Assembly (NCBI GenBank): GCA_951406725.2
Contig: OX597815.1
Coordinates: forward strand, 145,948,001 to 146,012,000
Direction of reading: 5' to 3'
From: Octopus vulgaris
Lineage: Eukaryota
Length of the DNA: 64,000 nt
Notes under the pieces: model-generated
The model's database searches: none
Seen by the model: only the letters and a program-made list of their open reading frames with translations
Told to the model about the DNA's origin: nothing
Part shown: piece after piece, positions 55,375 through 64,000 of the stretch
Position numbering within the stretch: position 1 is the stretch's first letter
How the letters are laid out: every line of letters starts with the position of its first letter
Position numbers and translations under genes: made by a program

Positions 55375-55471
55375 TCGATTACATCGTCCTCAGTGCTCAA
55401 CTGGTATTTATTTCATCGAACCCGAAAGGATGAAACAAGTACCAGCTGAGCATTGGGCTCGATGTAATCGA
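55375..55471. repeat. Hairpin made from inverted S3 SINE fragments
   Basis: tcgattacatcg..cagtgctcaactggta..tttcatc / gatgaaa..taccagctgagcattg..cgatgtaatcga. Confidence 0.8.
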
Positions 55472-57026
55472 TTATACACGCCCACAGAATTTCCTGGCTT
55501 GTGCTTATTGTAGAAAGGATAGTTTAAACATATTGTCTTAATTTCATTCTTCTCAATTCCGCTCCAGAATAAACTACATACAGGAAAAGATTCGTTGTCA
55601 ATTATAAGGATCCAAGAGGTTGTATTGCCAAGAAACACAAAGCATGACTGATTGTTTCGCATTTCATAAAGTTTTCTAAAGTAAAGAGATTATTTTATAT
55701 TGTAGATAAAATTTAGATAGTAACATGCAAATGCTTTGGTGTGGCCTACAGTTACGTTACATGAGTGACATAATTGCATTATAGTGTTCGAGTCCCATCC
55801 ACAAATAATGTAAGACGTTAGACTTCGGTTAGATGGAAATAGAAGTTCAGATTAATGTTTATTTATTTCTATAGTATTATTTACATAGAAGAAAGAGCGG
55901 GCTTTTAAATCATAAAGGCAACAGAATATTCGTTTGATGTAGATTGTAGCTAATGTGTATAACAGAGAATTGCATCCAGACTAAGAGTTGATATTTAAAA
56001 CATAGACAAAAACAGGTATGTCAAGGCTACCTGTCTTAATTTATTAAAAGTCATAATTTGTTAAAATTACCTCGACCCCAAGAGGATGTGTCACAATTAC
56101 CAAATGGCAGTTGAGAACAGCTCCATCACAAAAGGGAAGATAATTTCAAGAATAAAGAATTTTCCGAAGTTGATATGCTGTTAAGGAAAAGGAGGGGACC
56201 TACTGTCTAGAAATAAAGGAAAATCAAGGATACGTGTTTCTGCCTCAGTTGGGGTCATCCGCAGGACAATTGCCTTAAGCTATATCCAGCAGGTGTTCGT
56301 TTACTTGAGTTGCATGTCGACTTATGGTGTTTGTACCTATACTTGTACATGCTATGCTTGCTCATATATAAGCGAATGGCCACTCAGAGTTATTTCCCTT
56401 CACTCATTTTGGTTTAATTAATATTTACAACCAGGTTACGCTGACCAACACGAGATTTCTTTTTCTTTTGTATATGAATAAATTCAGCAACAAGATTATG
56501 ATACGAAACATCAAACTTTCAATGGTTCAACGATCTACTGACTCAATCGTACTGATTCGATTGCTTATGTAACAATAGAGGTTCAAAAATTCTTCAGTAA
56601 CATGGTGGATTCTATTCACAACTACATCCGGTATAGAGAAAGCTATTTAAAATAGAATATGGTAACTCCAGGTGTTTTTTTTCTGCCTTCATAAAGGCAG
56701 AATCTGACTCTTGCAATCGATAGCTTTTGATATTCATTCTTTATCGAAGTATAGAAATGATTCATATATTATTTAATAACATATTTTAAAATAATGTTGC
56801 ATAATAGGAGAACAATCTGCCGATAAGAAGAATGCAGGAATATTTCTCTCTGTGAAGTGTTTACTATTCCCTACTGGAAATGCACTCCGCTATTGAAATA
56901 TTGATTGAAAGCAATGTATAAATACATACCAGCATGCATACATGCATACATACACATACATACATGCATACATACATACATACATACATACATTTATATT
57001 TGTGTATGGTTTTGTGTACATGTATT

Positions 57027-57085
<59 letters not shown>

Positions 57086-57475
57086 CTTTATGTGTCATTA
57101 TACTTATCAATGAAGGGATGCACATACACGCAGCGCACAAATTTACAGACATACGCGCATGTGCAGTTTCTCTCGGTCATTTAGTAATTTCTTAGAGTTA
57201 CTAACAATGGTAACTCATTCTCTATAGCAAAAAGTTACATAGCATAGCAACAAATATGAATAGCGTGATAACTTCTGCATATATTAAATTTTGATATTTA
57301 TATGAATTACTTTGTATTACACAAATATTTATACTAATATAAATGTGCGTGCTTAGGGAAGTATGCCACGTACAGAGGCATACTTACAGAAACACACATA
57401 CATATGTATGTATGTGTCTTATTGCATAAACGTGTGTATCTAAGTATCTATCTACGTACATGTATGCATACATGC

Positions 57476-57551
<76 letters not shown>

Positions 57552-57591
57552 ATATATATATGTATACATATATACATATACAATATATATA

Positions 57592-57770
57592 AAAGCACCC
57601 ACTACACTCTCGGAGTGGTTGGCGTTAGGAAGGGCAGCCAGCTGTAGAAACTCTGCCAGATCAAGATTGAAGCCTGGTGCAGCCATCTGGTTTGCCAGCC
57701 CTAAGTCATTCGTCCAACCCATGCTAGCATGGAAAGCGGACGTTAAACGACGCCGATGATGATGATGATA
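57592..57770 (+). mobile_element. 3' part of a SINE or LINE with (GAT)n tail
   Basis: ggttggcgttaggaagggcagccagctgtagaaac..aacccatgctagcatggaaagcggacgttaaacg..gatgatgatg; inserted in a TA-rich tract; family assignment from memory only. Confidence 0.6.
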
Positions 57771-57887
57771 TATACTGCATGTATATGTCTAAATATTGAT
57801 AAATGCATATATGTATATAGACATATCAATGGCATATGTACTAATATGAAATATAACTATGGTGATCATTTTCATAATATCGAATTT

Positions 57888-58031
<144 letters not shown>

Positions 58032-59468
58032 TGACATTGGATATGTGTATGAACGATAGATGGCTGAACGATGCTAATACGCATAACAAAATGCAGAAAA
58101 ATTGAAATCACTAAATTTAAAATGATTGAAAATCGTATTCAAGGAATTAGATAAATGCGATCAACACTTGGGTGATTGCGGCCGTGCGTTGTAGTGCTTG
58201 AATAGTGAAGTGGAAGAAAGAGGAAATATGTGTATTGGACAGAAAGAGGAGAAAAACCTTAACTATGTATGGAGTGCTTCATTGGAAGGTAAATGTCAGT
58301 CGTTTATACATGGTAAGTATGGTGAAGTGAGAGGATGTATTAGAATTTTTGATTGTGTGCATTAAGACTGAAAGATTCCCTTTACGCATGAAGAACTGCT
58401 TAAGCATGCTGCAATTGAGCAAGGACTGATTGCTATTGAACTTGTAGAAAAGAAAGCATATCAAAGCAGCAGAATTTGTGAAAGGACAGAAGAGCCAGAA
58501 TAAAAGCAGTTACGTGGATAGTTCCCCAGGCACACTATGAATACGGGAAAAAAATCATGCCTGAATATGAGAGTGACCTCGAAGGGAAGATATAAAGAGA
58601 CAAGAAAGATATCTTATTGAGGGGTGTGGCTACATTAAACACTTCTAACGAGATGGCCGGTGTATTGAACCATCGCATCCATATTTCCAGGCTTTCAGAT
58701 CACGGCTGCCATAACTGATTTTGAACTCATGAGATTGTGGCTAAGCTAATCAAGCCGATTCATGAACAAAATCTTCCCGCCAACCGTTTTATAGAATGTT
58801 CCGGAACTTTGCCAGTGTTATATAAAACACATGAACAAACCCAACAAAAAATAGCGCTACCACATTCTACCTGAGGTTATGCAACTTATCCCTGTAAATT
58901 CATAACTGCTGAAACAACAAAAAGTAAGTATGTTGGCGAATATTGTAAAAAGTCATATCTTTAACTTCCTCTGTCCTTAATCTAACTTAATCTATTCTTA
59001 TTACCTTAAATAAATCTGAACTTATGAATCCTTTTTTTTTCTATATAAACATTTTGCAATGATTATACGTCGTTTTATTCGTTATTTATTCAACAGATAT
59101 AAATACATAATTATGTTCCCGGTTAAATTAACAGAATAAAAGAAATACTAAATTTCGCGCGATTTTATGAATTGAACTCGCAGCACAAATTTGCCGTTTA
59201 CCATTGATTACCCATTAACTATATCAGAATCACACTAAACACTAATCCAATGAATGACATTTACCCCACCGGGACCAATAACGTAGTGTAATTATGTAAT
59301 ACTAAGGTCGGTGTAATCGACTAACCATTACCTTAAAACCTGCAGATCTTTTCCTAAATCAGAAACGATGACCATAGAACCCATTTCGTACTCTGTCTCA
59401 ACAATGGAATCTAAGAAATGCACGGAACCATACGAAAGCAACGATCTATCTATCTATCTATCTATCTG

Positions 59469-59541
<73 letters not shown>

Positions 59542-59737
59542 ACATACATACATACATACATACATACATACATACATACATACATACATACATGCATGCA
59601 TACATGCACACATACATACATACACACACACACTCACACACTTACGAACGCGCGAGCACACACACATTAATATTAACAGTTTGGCGTAATGTGATACCAT
59701 AAATGAAAAATTTAACTGTCCCTAAGTGTGAATAAGG

Positions 59738-60126
59738 GTGCCAAAACACCGACATTGCTAGAAATGGGAGTTAAAATATTCTTAATGCTGAAAGGAGAGC
59801 GCAATTTATACATATACTGACAGGGGAAGTAACCGCCGCATGACCGTCTCTAGGATCACCAGACTAGGCTTAGTTGCGCCTATGCCGTAGGCATCGTCAG
59901 TGATGACTGCTCAAGCGGCCGATGATCGGCTAATTTCACTATCGGCTGTTCGAGGAGATACCACTGACGATGTCTACGGCGTAGGCAAAAATAGGCCATG
60001 TCTGGAGATCCTAGAGATGGTCATAGCGTGGTTACTTCCTCTGTAAGTATATGAATATATTACGCTATTCTTATAGCATTAAGAGTATTTTGACTCTTAT
60101 TTCTAGCAATGTAGGTGCTTCAGCAC
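59738..60126. mobile_element. 389-bp fold-back palindrome of two hammerhead-bearing pLTR-like arms
   Basis: 186-bp arms (59738-59923 / 59941-60126) align without gaps; hammerhead motifs at 59961-60005 (+) and 59859-59903 (-). Confidence 0.85.
59961..60005 (+). ncRNA. Degenerate minimal type-I hammerhead ribozyme
   Basis: cca-CUGACGA-u-gucuac-ggc-guaggc-aaaaa(GAAAC expected)-uaggccau-GUC-ugg; the opposite arm reads gcaac-uaagccua-GUC-ugg. Confidence 0.65.
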
Positions 60127-60185
60127 AATTAGTCATACTTTGTGACGATTAAACACACACATATATATATACATATCCGTTTATG

Positions 60186-60443
<258 letters not shown>

Positions 60444-60517
60444 GTTAAATGCGATACAATAAAATTAATTATAATCGCCGGTGTACCATATATATATATA
60501 TATATAAATATATATAC

Positions 60518-60607
<90 letters not shown>

Positions 60608-60610
60608 GGT

Positions 60611-60930
60611 GGAGGCGCAATGGTCCAGTGATTAGGGCAGCGGACTCGCGGTCGTAGGATCGCGGCTTCGATTTCCAGACCGGGCGTTGTGAGTGTTTAT
60701 TGAGCGAAAGCACCTAAAGCTCCACGAGGCTCCTACATGTCGGGTGGCGATCCCTGCTGTACTCTTTCGCCACAACTTTCTCTCACTCTTTCTTCTGTTG
60801 GCCTGCTCGCTTAGCCAGCGGGGTGGCGTCATTTGAAGGCTAAAACAATGCGAAGCGCATTGTGACCAGCAATGTGTAGCAACATCTGATAGCCTGGTCG
60901 GTCACGTGATCACATGATAGATACGTGATA
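60611..60930 (+). mobile_element. tRNA-derived SINE family S4, tail type B
   Basis: Head and body match the 21201 copy up to actttctctcactctttc; different tail ending ggtcacgtgatcacatgat. Confidence 0.82.
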
Positions 60931-61088
60931 TATTTATCTCTCTCTCTCTATATATATATATATATGTATATATAGGTGTGTGTGCGTGTGTGTGTATGTG
61001 TTGTAAAAGAAGCCAACGTATACAAAGACCAAGTTAATATTCGAAATTTCGAAATACTGTTTTGAAAGAAATTCAGTAACAACAACAG

Positions 61089-61142
<54 letters not shown>

Positions 61143-63041
61143 TTTTTGCTCAGAAGATTTATATTTCATTTCAAAGAAACAATCAAGAAAATTTACAGGA
61201 TAAGCTTAGTCAAAAATATATGGTCGGTTTTAAATTCCTTGTAATAAATGGAACAAAAGCCAGTTTTTTCCTTGAAAAACTATATTCTATTTGCTTTACT
61301 TCATTCATACTGTTTCCATTTTTCATTCCTTTTTCTTCCCGTTTTAGTTCTTTATATTATGTTGTTTTTAGTTTATTTTATAGAATTTTCAAGTAACGAA
61401 TTCTTATTTTATTTCATGTTTTTGCATTCCATTGAAAATTGTTTCAGATATATTAATTTACACGCGTCTTGATGTTGCTATTTATGTTTTCTTTAAAATT
61501 TTCCATTCACCGTTGAATATTTATTCGTTAGCAGCCAAGCGAAGCAAACGAAAAACAGCCTTGTTCGCCAATGGGGAAGAAAATCAACGGTTTCGTTGCA
61601 AGCAAAGACAACCCACAACTAATTTTAATTGAGTTGTTTTTATGATTTTTTTTTTTTTATTTTTAATTCATACCTAATTTCTAGCCCACTGTTCCCTTCA
61701 CTTAACCATCAATAGATGTCATCTTTCGATACCCAGAAAATAATTTCTTTGAAAATTTCTAAAAGAAAAGAAATATCAACAACAGTTTGTACAAGTTTCA
61801 ATTGAAATAACTTCGGCGTTAAGGTGTTGAACGTGTTGCTCAAGGGAATTGACACACGTAAAAAAAATTGATAAATAAAGGAATAACAAGTAAATAAAAC
61901 AGGTAAAAATCTATCAAGAACATCATGGGAAAACCGTAGAATGATATTCAATCATCAGATTCTTCAGTCAGGGAAAAATTCCCAGAATAATTGCAGAAAA
62001 AAATAAGAAAAATAACTAACTAAATATTTATATGCTTTCTTTTTCTTTGCTTTCCATAAACGCACAATGAAAACAATCTTCATGAATATTTTTCAGATTA
62101 GCTTATTACGTAATGCTTGGCTATTGAAGAATTTGAGGTATGAATTGAAAAAAATCAATAATGTTGAATTAGAAACAAAAAGTAAAAAAAAAGAAGAAAA
62201 GTACGAATCAAAAGGATAGCTTTTTATGCCTGATAACTTTTAATTTGCGAGGAAGGAGGTCGTGTATTGTAATTGCTATTAGCATTATTATTAACGGTTC
62301 TTACAAAATGTAACGTAACAGGAGATTGAGTGTTTATCAAGCAGTAAGGCGGTAGATTGCTGATTATATTAGAGAGACTCATCGGTGAATTGTTTGTTAT
62401 CTGAAACGTTTGAGTTCGAAAGATGCCAAATATGACTTTGCCTTTGATACATAGAATATTCATAAACCAAGTATTTTGAAATATAAGGACTAGATAGGAC
62501 GCATTGATGCGTCCTTTTAAAACTGAAACGAGGACTATTAAATAGCAGAACATATTGCAAGTTCTTGAAGTAGATTAACTTTAAGATGTTACAGAAATTG
62601 GTTCGTATGTCCGAGTGTTCAAGAACTTGAATATATATCTGTGTTGTTTCTGTACTGCGTTGCTGCTGTACATTGTTCTGTTAAATTGTTTCAAGTGTTT
62701 GCTGGATACACCAAGCGATTTGTGATTAAAGAGTATAATTATTTTAGCAAAGCAAAGTATCGGTGGAGAAGGATTCACTACAGTGACAATGCTTTGAAAA
62801 TGGATAGAATACCATTTCTTAAGAACTTCTTAAATGAACTCTGTCTTTATTATAAAATGAATGAATAATTTGGAGTGAAGATATTGGAAGTTAGATTACT
62901 GCGTCATGTGATGAGCTACAAACTCTTTTCGGATACTTCTTTGTAAGTCACAACCTCAATACATAAATACATAATACATGCATACATACATAGGATCGTG
63001 TATATATATGCATACATATATATATACATATATGTATATAC

Positions 63042-63080
<39 letters not shown>

Positions 63081-63116
63081 TATACATATACATATGTACA
63101 TATATATATACATATA

Positions 63117-63164
<48 letters not shown>

Positions 63165-63216
63165 TATATACATATATATATACGTATATATACATATACA
63201 TATATACATATATATA

Positions 63217-63367
63217 GGGAGAATTAACAAAAACAAAAGACGAAGGCATGTGGTGTAGATAACAAACATATGTGTTAGTATAACTCTCCGGAAGTGAAAA
63301 AGTCTTTAACATTTCGAGGCTACGCTCTTCAACAGAAAGGAACACAGAAAGAAACAAGGAGAGAAAA
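63217..63367 (-). mobile_element. Hammerhead-like mini-element, inverted partner of 63632
   Basis: Minus strand ccuuu-CUGUUGA-a-gagc-guag-ccuc-GAAAU-GUU-aaaga at 63303-63340. Confidence 0.7.
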
Positions 63368-63388
63368 TATTATATTATATATGTTTAT

Positions 63389-63543
<155 letters not shown>

Positions 63544-63631
63544 TTATATGTATAATTTATAATATATTAATATATATAATATATAGCATATATAATACGT
63601 ATAATTTATTATATACACATGTATATATATA

Positions 63632-63835
63632 TTTTTTCTCCTTCTTTCTGTGTTTTTTCTCTGTGTATCTTTCTGTTGAAGAGCGTAGGCTCGAAACGTT
63701 AAAGACTTGTTTTATTTATATTTCCTGAGCGCCATACTAATACAATTGTTTGTTTGTATTCCACCTGCCTTGGTCTTTTGTTTATTTCCGTAAACCTGCC
63801 TTCGTCTTTTGTCTATTTTCATAAAGCTTCCCGTT
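63632..63835 (+). mobile_element. Hammerhead-like mini-element
   Basis: ucuuu-CUGUUGA-a-gagc-guag-gcuc-GAAAC-GUU-aaaga at 63668-63705; stem I ucuuu/aaaga and stem II gagc/gcuc are perfect. Confidence 0.72.
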
Positions 63836-63956
63836 ATACATATATGTGTGTGTTTGTATAAATATTATATTTGTATATATATCAAATATGTATATCTACA
63901 AATGTTCTAATATCTACACAGCCTTGGGTTTTCTATGTCATTACTCAAAAAAGTCT

Positions 63957-63987
<31 letters not shown>

Positions 63988-64000
63988 CCCCTACTTCTCT

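Noticed and set aside
58090-58520. Purine-rich stretch resembling an L1/Tx1 ORF2 C-terminus
   Set aside because: Too degenerate to assign without HMM or BLASTx

Overview
AT-rich, microsatellite-saturated eukaryotic intergenic or intronic DNA. The repeat repertoire (tRNA-derived CORE-like SINEs, very dense (TA)n/(CA)n/(TCTA)n) suggests a coleoid cephalopod such as Octopus; this is an inference. I found no credible host protein-coding gene, and nearly all listed ORFs are translated microsatellites. Real coding remnants are all transposon-derived: a 5'-truncated but uninterrupted CR1-clade RT (44471-45376), a second CR1 3' end, a Penelope-like RT-thumb/GIY-YIG fossil (~42950-43595), two RTE fossils, an R4/Dong-like RT fossil and two Tc1/mariner remnants. 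There is also a non-autonomous Helitron and at least four SINE families. The main signal not shown by the ORF track is a diverse set of short (100-550 bp) non-coding inserts, mostly between (TA)n tracts. Many carry minimal type-I hammerhead-ribozyme motifs, several form long fold-back palindromes and two have intron-like signals. They look like Penelope pseudo-LTR or retrozyme-like mini-elements. Other notable points are SINE/LINE 3'-tail sharing, SINE module shuffling and a ~1.5 kb foldback element. Coordinates of degenerate repeats are approximate and all alignments were done by eye.
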